The notes under the pieces were generated by a model that did no database searches, was not told where the DNA came from, and worked only from the letters and a program-made list of their open reading frames with translations. From Acidobacteriota bacterium (GTDB lineage: Bacteria > Acidobacteriota > Thermoanaerobaculia > Gp7-AA8), in assembly GCA_019244185.1 (NCBI GenBank), contig JAFATB010000022.1, positions 320,001-384,000 of the forward strand: a stretch of DNA of 64,000 bases, read 5' to 3'. Positions 36,749 through 47,416 of this stretch are shown piece by piece. Each line of letters begins with the position of its first letter. Positions within the stretch are counted from its first letter, which is position 1. Both the position numbers and the translations under genes were made by a program.

Positions 36749-39700
36749 ATGCGCCGTGGAGCCGTGACCGTTCTCGCGTTGCTGTTCGCCCTTCCCGCAG
36801 TCGCCCAAACCATCAGCGAGCCGCTCGACATCGCCAAAGACGACGCCGTGGCCATGCGCGCGCGCGGCCGCGTGATCGTGGAGTTCGACGGCGTCCCCGC
36901 CGCGGTGCGCATGCCGCACGCGGCGGAGACGAACCGCTCGCTCTTCTCGCGCTTTCACGAAGACCTCGCGCGGATCAACGGCGGACTCGCCGCCGCGTCG
37001 GCGGGCGCCGCGCCGCGCGCGGTGATTCGCCGCGAGTACTCGGTCGCGTTCCTCGGCGCCGCGGTCGAAGCCTCGCCCGCGACCGCGAGCGCCCTCGCCG
37101 CGCTGCCGTACGTCCGCCGCGTCTATCGCGACAACGTCGTGCGCGCGCTCGTCACCGGTCCGCAGACGCCGGTCGCGCTCGACGGCGCCGTCGTCAACGC
37201 GCGCACGCGCGTCAACGCCGCCAGCCTGCCGACGCTCGGCGACGGCGTGCGCGTGGCCATCATCGACACCGGCATCGACTACACGCATCCCGCGCTCGGC
37301 GGCCACTTCGGCCCCGGCTACAAAGTCGCGGGCGGACACGACTTCGTCAACGACGACGACGATCCGTTCGACGACAACGGCCACGGCACGCACGTGGCCG
37401 GCATCATCGCGGCCGATTCCGACACGCTCATCGGCGTCGCGCCGCACGCGACGCTCTACGCGTTCAAGGTGCTCAACAGCGGCGGCGGCGGCACGACCGA
37501 CGACATCATCGCCGGCATCGAGCGCGCCGCCGATCCGAACGGCGACGGCGATCCCTCCGATCACGTCGACGTCGCGAACATGTCCCTCGGCGGCTTCGGC
37601 AACGCGGACGATCCGCAGAGCCGCGCCGTCGACAACGCCGTGGCCGCGGGCGTCGTGATGTGCATCGCCGCCGGTAACGCCGGCGGCTTCGCGGTCGTGC
37701 TCAGCCCGGGCAACGCGCACGATGCGCTCACCGTCGCCGCGATTCAGGACGACGGCGTGATGACGACCTTCAGCTCGCGCGGCCCGAGTCCGGGGACGCT
37801 CGCGTTCAAGCCGGACGTCGCGGCGCCGGGCTTCCAGATCGTCTCGTCGTTCCCCGGCGCGCGGACCGCGTCGCTCAACGGCACGTCGATGGCGTCGCCG
37901 CACGTGGCCGGCGTCGCGGCGCTCGTCAAGGCGCTGCATCCCGACTGGGACGCGCTGCACATCAAGGCCGCGATCATCTCGTCCGCGACGCCGCTCAGCG
38001 GCGCGGCGCGCGAGCGCGGCGCGGGGCGCGTCGACGCCGACCGCGCCAGCCGCGCGACGGCGCTGCTCGACACTGCCGGTCTCTCATTCGGCCTCGACGC
38101 CGCGTCCGGCGGCAGCTTCAACGCGCATCGCTCGTTCAGCGTGAGCAATCCTTCCGCGACGCCGCTGCATCTCAGCGTCTCGAAAGGCACGACGCCGAGC
38201 GGCACCTCGATCAGCGTCACGCCCACGACCGCAACCGTCGCGCCCGGCGCGTCGCAGACGTTTGACGCCGAGCTGACCGTGCAGAACGGCAACGTCAACT
38301 TCACCGAAGCGAAGACGGTCGAAGGCGAGCTCTCGGTCAGCGGCGACGGCGCGTCGCTGAAAGTGCCGTGGCTCGTCGTACGCTCGGCGCGGCTCACGAT
38401 CACGTACGACACCTTCATGCTCCAGCCGCGCGCAACCGCGAGCGACGGGCTCGTGATGTATCTCGCGCCGTACAGCGACACGGCGGCGGAGTTCTATCCC
38501 GCGCCGAACAAGTCGTGGGAGTTCCTGTTCGGCGGATCGAATCCGAACCGCGACTACAGCGTCACCCGCTTCGTGCACCTGCCCAGCCGCGCCGTGTCGG
38601 GCGACATGACCGTCGCCTCGACGGCGGACGATGCGCCGTACGCCGTCACGCTCGGCGCGCGCGACGAGAACGGCGTGCTGTTCGGCGACCTGCCGCACCA
38701 GGGCGCGCCGAATCCGGCCGCCTATCACACGCTCATCACGAACTTCGACAACGGCTCGCCGTGGTACATCATCATGGGCTTCGCGTCGCGCTTCTATCTC
38801 TCCGCCATGCCGTACCGCGTCACGGCGTACGAGTACTACTCCGACGTCGTCAACCTGCGCTACTTCGCGGTTCTCAACGACACGATCGACGCCAGCGCGC
38901 TGAACGGGCCGGTCACGCTGAACAAGAGCCTCGCCGACTACGCGCACGCGCGCCTGCAGTGGCGGAACGGGATCGGCGCCGTCGATGCCTGCACGATGAT
39001 GATGATGAAGGCGGGCGGGCTGATGCAGCCGTGGATCACGAGCTGCACGCACCACGCGGGCGACAGCGCCGGCGCCGACTACTACGCCACGCGCGACTCC
39101 GCGTCGGCGAACCTCTCGTACGGCTTCACCGTGACCTCCGACGGCGTGGCCACGCCGCCCGTGCGCGCCATCGACGACGAGGTGGTGATGTCGAACGACG
39201 TCAACCCCGGCCCGCTCGCGTACACGTTCGTACGCGACCACGCCGTCACGCTCGGCGCCGGTCCGCTACACGCGACCGGCTTGCAGAAGGCGCTGCGCGG
39301 CGACGCCGGCGCCACGATCGGCGGCGCGCTCGGCGAAACGCGGCCGGGATTCTTCAACGGGATGCGCTGGGAGACCTACGACGAGAACGGCGCGCTCGCC
39401 GATCGCGGCATCTTCCCGAACGCCACGCCGGCGAGCATCGGGGCCAAAGGGCGCGCGCATCTGTTCCGCGACGGCTTCTCCGTCGACGGACATCCGGCGC
39501 TCTTCGAGGCCGACCTCGTGCGCTCCCCGTCCATCCTCGACGGCGTGCTGCCGAATGTCGGCTCGCTGCGCGTGCTGAATGCGGCGGGCGATCCCGTCGA
39601 GGCGCTCGCGAACGGCGAGGCCGCGGTGCTGCAGTTCAGCGCCGCCGACGGTCAGAACGCCCTCGGCGACGTCGGTCCCGTGCAGTCCGACGCGACGGCG

Positions 39701-39973
39701 GTCGCGTATCGCGTGCACGGCACGGGCGAGTGGCATGCGCTCGCCAACGTCGTGACGTCGACGGAAACCGGCAACCCCGCGACCTACGGCCACATGCCGC
39801 CGGGCGACGTGAACCGCGTCGACCTGCGCGACGCCACCGCGCACGCCGACTCGCTCATCGACCTGCGCATCACCGTCGCCGACCGCTCCGGCAACACGCT
39901 CACGCTGACGCAGTCGCCGGCGTTCGTCGTCGGAGACGTGCCGGTGCCGCCGAAACGGCGTTCCGCGCGCTGA
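36749..39973 (+). CDS. S8 subtilisin-family serine peptidase (Vpr-like), secreted
   Basis: Signal peptide, propeptide, IIDTGID, NGHGTHVAG, AAGN, GTSMASPHVAG; long beta-rich C-terminus ending PVPPKRRSAR. Confidence 0.93.
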   Translation: MRRGAVTVLALLFALPAVAQTISEPLDIAKDDAVAMRARGRVIVEFDGVPAAVRMPHAAETNRSLFSRFHEDLARINGGLAAASAGAAPRAVIRREYSVAFLGAAVEASPATASALAALPYVRRVYRDNVVRALVTGPQTPVALDGAVVNARTRVNAASLPTLGDGVRVAIIDTGIDYTHPALGGHFGPGYKVAGGHDFVNDDDDPFDDNGHGTHVAGIIAADSDTLIGVAPHATLYAFKVLNSGGGGTTDDIIAGIERAADPNGDGDPSDHVDVANMSLGGFGNADDPQSRAVDNAVAAGVVMCIAAGNAGGFAVVLSPGNAHDALTVAAIQDDGVMTTFSSRGPSPGTLAFKPDVAAPGFQIVSSFPGARTASLNGTSMASPHVAGVAALVKALHPDWDALHIKAAIISSATPLSGAARERGAGRVDADRASRATALLDTAGLSFGLDAASGGSFNAHRSFSVSNPSATPLHLSVSKGTTPSGTSISVTPTTATVAPGASQTFDAELTVQNGNVNFTEAKTVEGELSVSGDGASLKVPWLVVRSARLTITYDTFMLQPRATASDGLVMYLAPYSDTAAEFYPAPNKSWEFLFGGSNPNRDYSVTRFVHLPSRAVSGDMTVASTADDAPYAVTLGARDENGVLFGDLPHQGAPNPAAYHTLITNFDNGSPWYIIMGFASRFYLSAMPYRVTAYEYYSDVVNLRYFAVLNDTIDASALNGPVTLNKSLADYAHARLQWRNGIGAVDACTMMMMKAGGLMQPWITSCTHHAGDSAGADYYATRDSASANLSYGFTVTSDGVATPPVRAIDDEVVMSNDVNPGPLAYTFVRDHAVTLGAGPLHATGLQKALRGDAGATIGGALGETRPGFFNGMRWETYDENGALADRGIFPNATPASIGAKGRAHLFRDGFSVDGHPALFEADLVRSPSILDGVLPNVGSLRVLNAAGDPVEALANGEAAVLQFSAADGQNALGDVGPVQSDATAVAYRVHGTGEWHALANVVTSTETGNPATYGHMPPGDVNRVDLRDATAHADSLIDLRITVADRSGNTLTLTQSPAFVVGDVPVPPKRRSAR

Positions 39974-40116
39974 GGAGGAGAGAGACTACTCGTCCGGGTT
40001 TTTGGTGACCGCGACGAAGATCAGGAGCAGGACCGCGACGATTCCGAAGCCTTCCATGTAACGATAGATACGCGGCGCGAGAACTTTCGGTTTTCCGCCG
40101 CGTATTCTTTTGCGTG

Positions 40117-40635
40117 ATGGACGGCCACGTTCGTTACTTCGAGCGACAGCAGTTCCGCCAGCGCTGGCTCTGGGCCGTGCTCCTCGGCACGATCCTGCCG
40201 GCGCTCGCACTGCTCGGCTACGGCGCGTGGCGGCAGCTCGTGCGGCGTCAGCCGTTCGGGAATCAGCCGATGAGCGACCGCGGCCTCGGCGTGTTCACGA
40301 TCTTCATGAGCCTCGTGCTCGCCGGCGTGCTGCTCCTGCTCTGGCGCATGCGGCTCGACATCCGCGTCACCGACGACACGCTCGTCCTCGACTTCATCCC
40401 CATGCGCCGCAAGCGCATTCCGCTGCGCGAGATCGTCGAGGCACGCGCGCGCACGTACGACCCGCTGCTCGAGTACGGCGGCTGGGGCATTCACTACGGC
40501 TTCATGAACGGCTGGGCGTACAACGTCTCCGGCCGCGAAGGCGTTCAGCTCGTGCTCGCCGACGGCCGCAAGCTGCTCGTCGGCTCGCAGCGCGCGGCCG
40601 AGCTCGAGCGCGCGCTCACTTCGCCTCGTCGATGA
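40117..40635 (+). CDS. Two-TM membrane protein with bacterial PH-like domain (DUF6141-like)
   Basis: [10 protein letters not shown], two TM helices, [31 protein letters not shown]. Confidence 0.75.
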   Translation: MDGHVRYFERQQFRQRWLWAVLLGTILPALALLGYGAWRQLVRRQPFGNQPMSDRGLGVFTIFMSLVLAGVLLLLWRMRLDIRVTDDTLVLDFIPMRRKRIPLREIVEARARTYDPLLEYGGWGIHYGFMNGWAYNVSGREGVQLVLADGRKLLVGSQRAAELERALTSPRR

Positions 40636-41866
40636 GCACGTCGCTCGCCGGCCGCTCCTTCTGCAGCCGCGCCGCGACTGCTTCCGCCTGACGCAGCACG
40701 CGCAGCACGTTCAGCCCCGCGAGCTTCTTCAGCTGATCGTCGCTGTGACCGCGGCGGATCAGCTCCGCGAAGACCGCCGGATAATCGGCCACGCTCGACA
40801 ACCCTTCCGGCGTCGTGGTGATGCCGTCGAGGTCGGCGCCGATGCCGACGTGATCTTCGCCCGCGACGTCCATCACGTGCTCGATGTGATCGGCGACGTC
40901 TTTCAGCGTCGCATGCGGCCGCGGATGCGCGATGTCCCACGCCGCGAGCTCGTCCTTCACCTTCGCCGGCTGTCCCTGATCCATCTCCTTGAGCCGCGCC
41001 TCGGCGGCCGCGCGCTCGCCGTAATGCGCGCGCACGGTCTCGTTGACGAACGTCGGCACGAAGGTGCACATCACCACGCCGCCGTTCTCCTTCACGCGGC
41101 GCAGGATCTCGTCCGGCACGTTGCGCGGATGGTTCGTGAGCGCGCGCGCGGAGGAGTGCGAGAAGATCACCGGCGCGGCGGTGACGTCGAGCGCGTCGCT
41201 CATCGTCTTCGGCGAGACGTGCGAGAGATCGACGAGCATGCCCAGGCGATTCATCTCCATCACGACGTCCTTGCCGAACGGCGTCAGGCCGTCGTGCGCG
41301 GGATCGGCGGTGGCGGAGTCGGCCCAGTCGTCGTTCGACGAATGCGTCAGCGTCATGTAGCGCGCGCCGAGGGCGTAGAGCTCGCGCAGCGCGGCGAGCG
41401 AGTTGTTGATCGAGTGCCCGCCTTCGACGCCGATGAGCGACGCGACCTTGCCCGACTTGTGGATGCGCACGATGTCGTCGGCGGTGCGCGCGAGCTCGAG
41501 GACGTCGGGATACGTCGCGGCGAGGCGATGCACGACGTCGATCTGCTCGATCGTCGCCTGCAGCGCGTCCGCGCCTTTCAGCTCGACCGGGACGTACACG
41601 GACCAGAACTGTCCGCCGAGGTGGCCGGCGCGGAGGCGGGCGATGTCGGTGTGCAGCGGCTTGTCGAGATGCGACTGGTCCTGGCGGAGGTCGAGCTGCG
41701 CGAGATGGTTCTTGACGCGCTCGCGGTACTGCCACGGCAGATCGTTGTGGCCGTCGATGAGCGGGACGTCGCGGAGGATTTTCTCGACGCGCGCGTTGAT
41801 GGCGGCATCAGGCGTCTGCGCGAAGAGCGTCGTGGCGGTGAGCAGCAGTGCGGCGAGCAGCTTCAT
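40616..41866 (-). CDS. Membrane dipeptidase (peptidase M19)
   Basis: Signal peptide, [43 protein letters not shown]. Confidence 0.93.
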   Translation of the reverse strand: MKLLAALLLTATTLFAQTPDAAINARVEKILRDVPLIDGHNDLPWQYRERVKNHLAQLDLRQDQSHLDKPLHTDIARLRAGHLGGQFWSVYVPVELKGADALQATIEQIDVVHRLAATYPDVLELARTADDIVRIHKSGKVASLIGVEGGHSINNSLAALRELYALGARYMTLTHSSNDDWADSATADPAHDGLTPFGKDVVMEMNRLGMLVDLSHVSPKTMSDALDVTAAPVIFSHSSARALTNHPRNVPDEILRRVKENGGVVMCTFVPTFVNETVRAHYGERAAAEARLKEMDQGQPAKVKDELAAWDIAHPRPHATLKDVADHIEHVMDVAGEDHVGIGADLDGITTTPEGLSSVADYPAVFAELIRRGHSDDQLKKLAGLNVLRVLRQAEAVAARLQKERPASDVLIDEAK

Positions 41867-41902
41867 GCGCGCATTGTAGTTTCGACTACCATACGCGCGC
41901 CG

Positions 41903-43222
41903 ATGGCCCTGGCGTTTCTCCCCGACGAGTCGCATCCGATGGTCGACGCGCTGTTGCGCACGCGCGTGCCGCGCTGGCGCGAGCTGAACCGCGCCATCGA
42001 CGAGCGCGACGACATGCTCGACTTCGCGCTGACGCTGCTCGACCACGACCGCGACGCCGCGCTGACGAACTACTTCCAGAACGGCCTCGAACAGTACGAG
42101 CTCGTGAAGCACATCGCCGCGTGGCGCGCGTCGCGGCCGGCGCGCATGCTCGACTTCGCGAGCGGCTACGGGAGGCTCACGCGCTTTCTCGTGCACGAGC
42201 ACCTCGCGGATTCCGTGACCGTCTCGGACATCCTCGAGGGCGGGATGGAGTTTCAGGCGGGGCAGTTCGGCGTGCGAACGATTCTCTCGACGCAGAACCC
42301 CGAGGAGTTCGCGGCGCCGGAGACGTACGACGTCATCTTCGTCGCGTCGCTCTTCACGCATCTGCCGCCGGCGACGTTCACGCGCTGGCTGCGGCGGCTC
42401 GCGCAGTTCCTCACGAAAGACGGCCTGCTGCTCTTCAGCGTGCATGACGAATCGATCGCGCCGGAAGGAGTGGCGGACGGAATCGCGTTCGCGAGCTACA
42501 GCGAGAGCCGCGTGCTCGACGCGAACGACTACGGCTCGACGTGGGTCACGGAGTCGTTCGTGCGCGAGCAGGTGCGCGGCATCGGCGCGGAGTGGGCATG
42601 CGTGCGGTTGCCGCGCGCGCTGAGCGACTGGCAGGACGTCTACGTCGTCTCGCCATCGGCGATCGAGCATCCGCAGCCGCGCCGCGTGCCGAAAGGATTC
42701 ATCGAGCGCGCGGAAGTGGAGAAGGACGGGATTCACTTCGACGGCTGGGCAACGGCGGGGGATGAGGCGCCGGAGCGCGTCGACGTGTGCGTCGACGACG
42801 AGGTCGTCGCGAGCGTCCGGACGTTTCACGCGCGCGCGGACGTCGCGCAGTGGCTCGGCAACGAGACCGCGTCGCATTCGGGCTGGTCGTGCGTCGTGCC
42901 GCATACCGCGGTGCGCTCGTTCCGCTTCCAGACCGCGACGGTGTCGGCGTACTCGCGCGCCGGCGTCGAACGCATCCTCTTTCACGGCACGCTCGACGCG
43001 GCGACCGCGTTCGTCGCGAAGGAACGGGCTCGCGCGCGCGACCAGCAGATCCTCGCGTGCGTGGCCGAGCTCGCGGAGCTGCGCGAGCGGCTCGCGGTGA
43101 CGGCGCACGAACGCGACACGCTTGCCGTCCGCATCGACGCCATGCGCCAGAGCCGCTTCTGGAAAGCGCGCGAGCGGTGGTTCGCGCTCAAGCGCGCGGC
43201 GCGCCTCACCGACGAGGAGTGA
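41903..43222 (+). CDS. Class I SAM-dependent methyltransferase with Ig-like domain and coiled-coil tail
   Basis: [32 protein letters not shown] segment, coiled coil ending [10 protein letters not shown]. Confidence 0.85.
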   Translation: MALAFLPDESHPMVDALLRTRVPRWRELNRAIDERDDMLDFALTLLDHDRDAALTNYFQNGLEQYELVKHIAAWRASRPARMLDFASGYGRLTRFLVHEHLADSVTVSDILEGGMEFQAGQFGVRTILSTQNPEEFAAPETYDVIFVASLFTHLPPATFTRWLRRLAQFLTKDGLLLFSVHDESIAPEGVADGIAFASYSESRVLDANDYGSTWVTESFVREQVRGIGAEWACVRLPRALSDWQDVYVVSPSAIEHPQPRRVPKGFIERAEVEKDGIHFDGWATAGDEAPERVDVCVDDEVVASVRTFHARADVAQWLGNETASHSGWSCVVPHTAVRSFRFQTATVSAYSRAGVERILFHGTLDAATAFVAKERARARDQQILACVAELAELRERLAVTAHERDTLAVRIDAMRQSRFWKARERWFALKRAARLTDEE

Positions 43223-43270
43223 GGCGCAACATTCGCGGCGTGCGGCCGTAGACTCGTGTACGGAGCGGCC

Positions 43271-43621
43271 ATGACCTTTCAGGATGCGATTCGAGTCTGC
43301 CTCACCAAGTACGCGGACTTTTCCGGCACGGCGTCGCGCGCGGAGTACTGGTGGTTCGTGCTGTTCCTGCTCCTCGCGGGATGCGCGGCCTCGGTGCTCG
43401 GCCCGAGCTACTGCTCGATCTTCCTGATCGGGATGCTGCTGCCGCTGCTCGCCGCCGGCACGCGCCGTCTGCGCGAGACGGGGCGCAGCGGCTGGTGGCA
43501 GCTGATGGGACTCGTGCCGTTCGCGGGGCTGATCATCCTCGCGGTGCTGCTGGCGGAGGCGCCGCGGCCTTTCCCCGCGCTCGAGCAGGCGACGCCGGAT
43601 CAGCCGGCGGCGAGCGTCTGA
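43271..43621 (+). CDS. DUF805 family membrane protein
   Basis: [29 protein letters not shown]. Confidence 0.88.
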   Translation: MTFQDAIRVCLTKYADFSGTASRAEYWWFVLFLLLAGCAASVLGPSYCSIFLIGMLLPLLAAGTRRLRETGRSGWWQLMGLVPFAGLIILAVLLAEAPRPFPALEQATPDQPAASV

Positions 43622-44436
43622 CGTTCGCGCGGGCGGCCGTGCGGCAACGCGTCGCGCATCCGCGCCATCGCGTGGACGTAGTCGTCGTACGTCGTGATCT
43701 CGTTCGCGAGCACGACGCGGCGCGCGATCGCGACCGCGCGGGCATTGTCCTTCGACACGCGGCTTTCCAGCCGGTCGAACAGCGCCACCAGACGCGCTTT
43801 CATCGCGCGGATGTGCAGCAGCTGCGCGGAAAGCCCGCGATCGTGGAGGCGCCATTCCGCCACGACGTCGCTGACGCTCCACACGCGCGGATGCCGATCG
43901 GCGATGCGCAGCCAGGCCGACCAGTCGTCGAAGTGGCTCGCCTCCGCGTCGAAGCCGCCGATCGCGCGCAACAGTTCCGTGCGCGCGAGCACCGCGTTCA
44001 CGTGCGGGTTGCACGTCAGCACATCGCTGAAGCTGACCGGCCCGTCTGATACGATGTGCGTCGGTACGGCATCCAATGTCGCCGGCGCTCTGCCCACGAC
44101 GCGTCGCGTCATGCCGAAACAAAGAGCGGCGCCGGAACGGCGCGCCGCGCGGAGCAGGGTCGCGATCCGATGCGGCAACGCGACGTCGTCGTCATCGAGG
44201 AAGATGATGAACGTGCCGCGGGCCGCCGCGAGTCCGGCATTGCGCGCGTATGCGACGCCGCGCGATTCGCCTCGCACGATGCGGAGATCGGCTCCGGCTC
44301 CCGCGAAATCGCCGCCGTCGTCGACGATCACGATTTCGAGATCGCGATGCGTCTCCGCGCGCAGCGACGCCACGGCCTCGTGCACGTGGAGCGGACGCAC
44401 GTGGGTCGTGATGACGGCTGTGACTTCGGGAGGCAA
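43600..44436 (-). CDS. GT2 family glycosyltransferase
   Basis: VITTHVR, IVIVDDG, ARNAG, FLDDDD, IGGFD, DDW. Confidence 0.9.
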   Translation of the reverse strand: MPPEVTAVITTHVRPLHVHEAVASLRAETHRDLEIVIVDDGGDFAGAGADLRIVRGESRGVAYARNAGLAAARGTFIIFLDDDDVALPHRIATLLRAARRSGAALCFGMTRRVVGRAPATLDAVPTHIVSDGPVSFSDVLTCNPHVNAVLARTELLRAIGGFDAEASHFDDWSAWLRIADRHPRVWSVSDVVAEWRLHDRGLSAQLLHIRAMKARLVALFDRLESRVSKDNARAVAIARRVVLANEITTYDDYVHAMARMRDALPHGRPRERQTLAAG

Positions 44437-44476
44437 GCGGCGCGGTCACGATAGCAGATCGCACTAGAATGCCCGC

Positions 44477-44914
44477 ATGCGCCCGCACTTCGTGCTGCTC
44501 CCGCTGCTGCTCTCGCTCTTCGCGTGCAAGTCGGCGCCGGTCGCGACGAACGCCAGTCGTCCCGAGATCGTGATGCAGGCGCAGAACACGCTCTTCTTCG
44601 GCAGCGGGAACACGGCGGCGCTCAGCGTCGCGGTCGGCTTCACGAACCGCGCGAAGGACGCGATCAAGGTCAACGCGGTCCGCCTCGATCCGGGCCTCAT
44701 GACCGAATACAGCGTCTATCCGCTCGAGCGCTTCGTGAACGTCACGCTGCAGCCGGGCGAATCGCAGGCGGTCGTGCTGAACATGACCGCGTACACGAAC
44801 CAGCGCCGGCTGATGCACGACGAGCCGCTCTCGCTGCGCGCCACCGTCGACTACACGCAGGGCGGGAAGCGCTACCGCGAGCGCTACTACGACGTGAATG
44901 TGAGCTCGCGGTGA
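44477..44914 (+). CDS. Hypothetical lipoprotein
   Basis: Lipobox LFAC, beta-rich Ig-like body. Confidence 0.7.
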   Translation: MRPHFVLLPLLLSLFACKSAPVATNASRPEIVMQAQNTLFFGSGNTAALSVAVGFTNRAKDAIKVNAVRLDPGLMTEYSVYPLERFVNVTLQPGESQAVVLNMTAYTNQRRLMHDEPLSLRATVDYTQGGKRYRERYYDVNVSSR

Positions 44915-44972
44915 CGCGATCCGCGACCCGAACCGCGAACCTGCCGCCGCATCCTCCGTATCAACGTCCGAC

Positions 44973-46205
44973 ATGAAGCGCCGCACGAAGATCCTCATCA
45001 CCGTCGCCGTCGTCATCCTTCTCGGCGGCATCACCGCCGCCTCACTGCTCAGCCGCGGCAAGGAAGGCACGCCCGTGGCCTTCGGCAAGACCGCGACGAT
45101 GGACCTCGTCAGCAAGGTCACGGCGAACGGCCGCATCGACGCGAAGCGCAAGGTCGATCTCTCCGCGAACGTGATGGGGCAGATCGTCAACCTCGCCGTG
45201 CGCGAGGGCGACGTCGTGAAGAAGGACGACTTCCTCCTGCAGATCGACCAGAAGCAGCTCGCCGCGTCGGCCGAAGGCGCGGCCGCGTCGATGCGCGCCC
45301 TCTTCTCCGACCGCGACGCCGCGCGCACGACGCTCGACATCACCCAGCGCGACTACGACCGCGCGCGGCGCAACTACGACGAGAAGATCATCCCGCTGGC
45401 CGACCTCGAGCGCGCGCGCAGCTCCGTCGACACCGCCCGCGCCAACGTCACCGCCATCGAGCAGCGCATCCAGCAGTCGCGCGCGAACCTCACCGCCGCG
45501 CGCGACACGCTCTCGAAGACCACCATGCGCGCGCCGATGGCCGGCATCATCACCGCCCTGCCGGTCGAGGAAGGGGAGGTGGCCGTCATCGGCACGATGA
45601 ACAACGCCGGCACGAAGCTCCTCACCATCGCCGACATGAGCGTCGTCGAGGCGGTCATGGAAGTCGACGAGACCGACATCCCGTCCGTGCGCGTCGGTCA
45701 GCGCGCCACCGTGACGATCGATGCATATCCAAACAAAACGTGGTCCGGCATCGTCACCGAAGTCGGCTCCAGCCCGATCACGCGCACGGGACTCTCGACG
45801 AGCAGCGAGGCCGTCAACTTCGAGGTGAAGATCCAGCTCGAACATCCGCCCGCCGACGTGCGCCCCGGCTTTTCCGCGAGCGCCGACATCATCACCGGCA
45901 CGCGCGCGAAGACGCTGGCCATCCCGATCCAGGCGCTGGTCGTGCGCGAGAAGCCGGGCAGCACGCCCGGCAAGTCGCAGGACGAAGAAGGCGTCTTCGT
46001 CGTGAAAGACGGCAAGGCGCAGTTCGTCCCCGTGACCACCGGCCTCGCCGGCGAGTCCGACATCGAGATCACCAGCGGCCTGAAGGCGGGCACGACGATC
46101 ATCACCGGCCCGTTCCGCGCGCTGCGCGAGCTCAAAGACGGCGAGAAGGTGCGCGAGCAGAAGGAAGAGAAGACGACGGGCGACAAGAGCGCGGAGAAGA
46201 AATAG
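44973..46205 (+). CDS. MacA-like periplasmic adaptor (membrane fusion protein)
   Basis: N-terminal TM, VREGDVVKKDDFLLQID, helical hairpin, RAPMAG, VDETDI. Confidence 0.92.
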   Translation: MKRRTKILITVAVVILLGGITAASLLSRGKEGTPVAFGKTATMDLVSKVTANGRIDAKRKVDLSANVMGQIVNLAVREGDVVKKDDFLLQIDQKQLAASAEGAAASMRALFSDRDAARTTLDITQRDYDRARRNYDEKIIPLADLERARSSVDTARANVTAIEQRIQQSRANLTAARDTLSKTTMRAPMAGIITALPVEEGEVAVIGTMNNAGTKLLTIADMSVVEAVMEVDETDIPSVRVGQRATVTIDAYPNKTWSGIVTEVGSSPITRTGLSTSSEAVNFEVKIQLEHPPADVRPGFSASADIITGTRAKTLAIPIQALVVREKPGSTPGKSQDEEGVFVVKDGKAQFVPVTTGLAGESDIEITSGLKAGTTIITGPFRALRELKDGEKVREQKEEKTTGDKSAEKK

Positions 46206-47416
46206 TGGAGACGCTCCGCATCGCCGCCACCGCCCTGCGCGCGCATACGCTGCGCAGCTTCCTCACGCTCCTCGGCGTGATCATCGGCGTGATGACGGTG
46301 GTCACCGTCGTGGCCATCATCTCGGGGCTCAACGACTACATCTCCGAGAAAGTCTTCCAGCTCAACCCCGACGTCTACGCCGTGACGCAGTACGGCATCA
46401 TCATGAGCCGCGAGCAGTGGCTCGAGGCGCTGAAGCGGAAGAAGATCACGGTCAGCGACTTCAACGCGGTGCGTGCGCGCTGCTCGCGCTGCGATGCGGT
46501 CGGCGCGTCGAACTCGACGCAGACGACGGTCAAGCGCGGCGCGCACCGGCTCGACGGCGTGCGCGTCAACGGCGCGACCGAGAACATGGCCGAGATTAAC
46601 AATCTCGACCTCGAGGCGGGCCGCTTCTACACGGCATCCGAGGAGCAGCGGTCGGCGCTGGTGACGGTCATTGGATCGGACGTGCGCGATGAGCTCTTCG
46701 GCAAGCTCGATCCGATCGGACGCACGATCTGGATCGCCAATCAGCCGATGCGCGTCATCGGCCTGCTCGCGAAGCAAGGCTCGGTGCTCGGACGCAGCCG
46801 CGACAACCAGCTGTACATCCCTTTGTCGTCGTGGCGGAAGCGCTTCGGCTCGCGCGACAGCATGGACCTCTTCGTGCGCGCGCGCGGCGGCATCGGCGGA
46901 CTCGAAGCCTCCATGGATGAAGTGCGGCTGATCATCCGCGGGCGGCGCAGAACCGCGTTCCGCGGCGACGATCCGTTCGCGGTCGTGACCGCGGAGGCGC
47001 TGCAGATGGTGTGGAAGAGCATCTCCGCGGGACTCTTCTCGCTGATGATCTTCATCTCCGGGATCTCGCTCGTCGTCGGCGGCATCGTGATCATGAACAT
47101 CATGCTGGTCTCCGTCGTCGAGCGGACGCGCGAGATCGGCGTGCGCCGCGCGATCGGCGCGACTCGCCGCAACATCCAACTGCAGTTTCTCAGCGAGGCC
47201 ATCCTCCTCTCCCTCGGCGGCGGCATTCTCGGCGTGCTCCTCGGCGTCGGGATCGCCAAGAGCATCTCCACGTTCGGCCCGCTGCCGACGCTCGTGCGCC
47301 CGATGCTGGTCGTGGCCGGCCTCGGCATCGCCGTCGTCACCGGCGCGCTCGCGGGCTTCGTCCCGGCGCTGCGCGCCGCAAAGCTGCCGCCGATCGAAGC
47401 GCTGAGGTTCGAATGA
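46205..47416 (+). CDS. MacB/FtsX-like ABC transporter permease
   Basis: LRSFLTLLGVIIGV, VGGIVIMNIMLVSVVERTREIGVRRAIGA, PIEALRFE; GTG overlaps adaptor stop. Confidence 0.92.
   Translation: METLRIAATALRAHTLRSFLTLLGVIIGVMTVVTVVAIISGLNDYISEKVFQLNPDVYAVTQYGIIMSREQWLEALKRKKITVSDFNAVRARCSRCDAVGASNSTQTTVKRGAHRLDGVRVNGATENMAEINNLDLEAGRFYTASEEQRSALVTVIGSDVRDELFGKLDPIGRTIWIANQPMRVIGLLAKQGSVLGRSRDNQLYIPLSSWRKRFGSRDSMDLFVRARGGIGGLEASMDEVRLIIRGRRRTAFRGDDPFAVVTAEALQMVWKSISAGLFSLMIFISGISLVVGGIVIMNIMLVSVVERTREIGVRRAIGATRRNIQLQFLSEAILLSLGGGILGVLLGVGIAKSISTFGPLPTLVRPMLVVAGLGIAVVTGALAGFVPALRAAKLPPIEALRFE

Noticed and set aside
40616-44122. Apparent long fusions in the ORF track (1168-aa dipeptidase, 1353-aa AddA, 1032-aa hydrolase, 778-aa PPTase)
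   Set aside because: N-terminal extensions are open shadow frames over other genes; real starts are downstream with signal peptides or coupled stops
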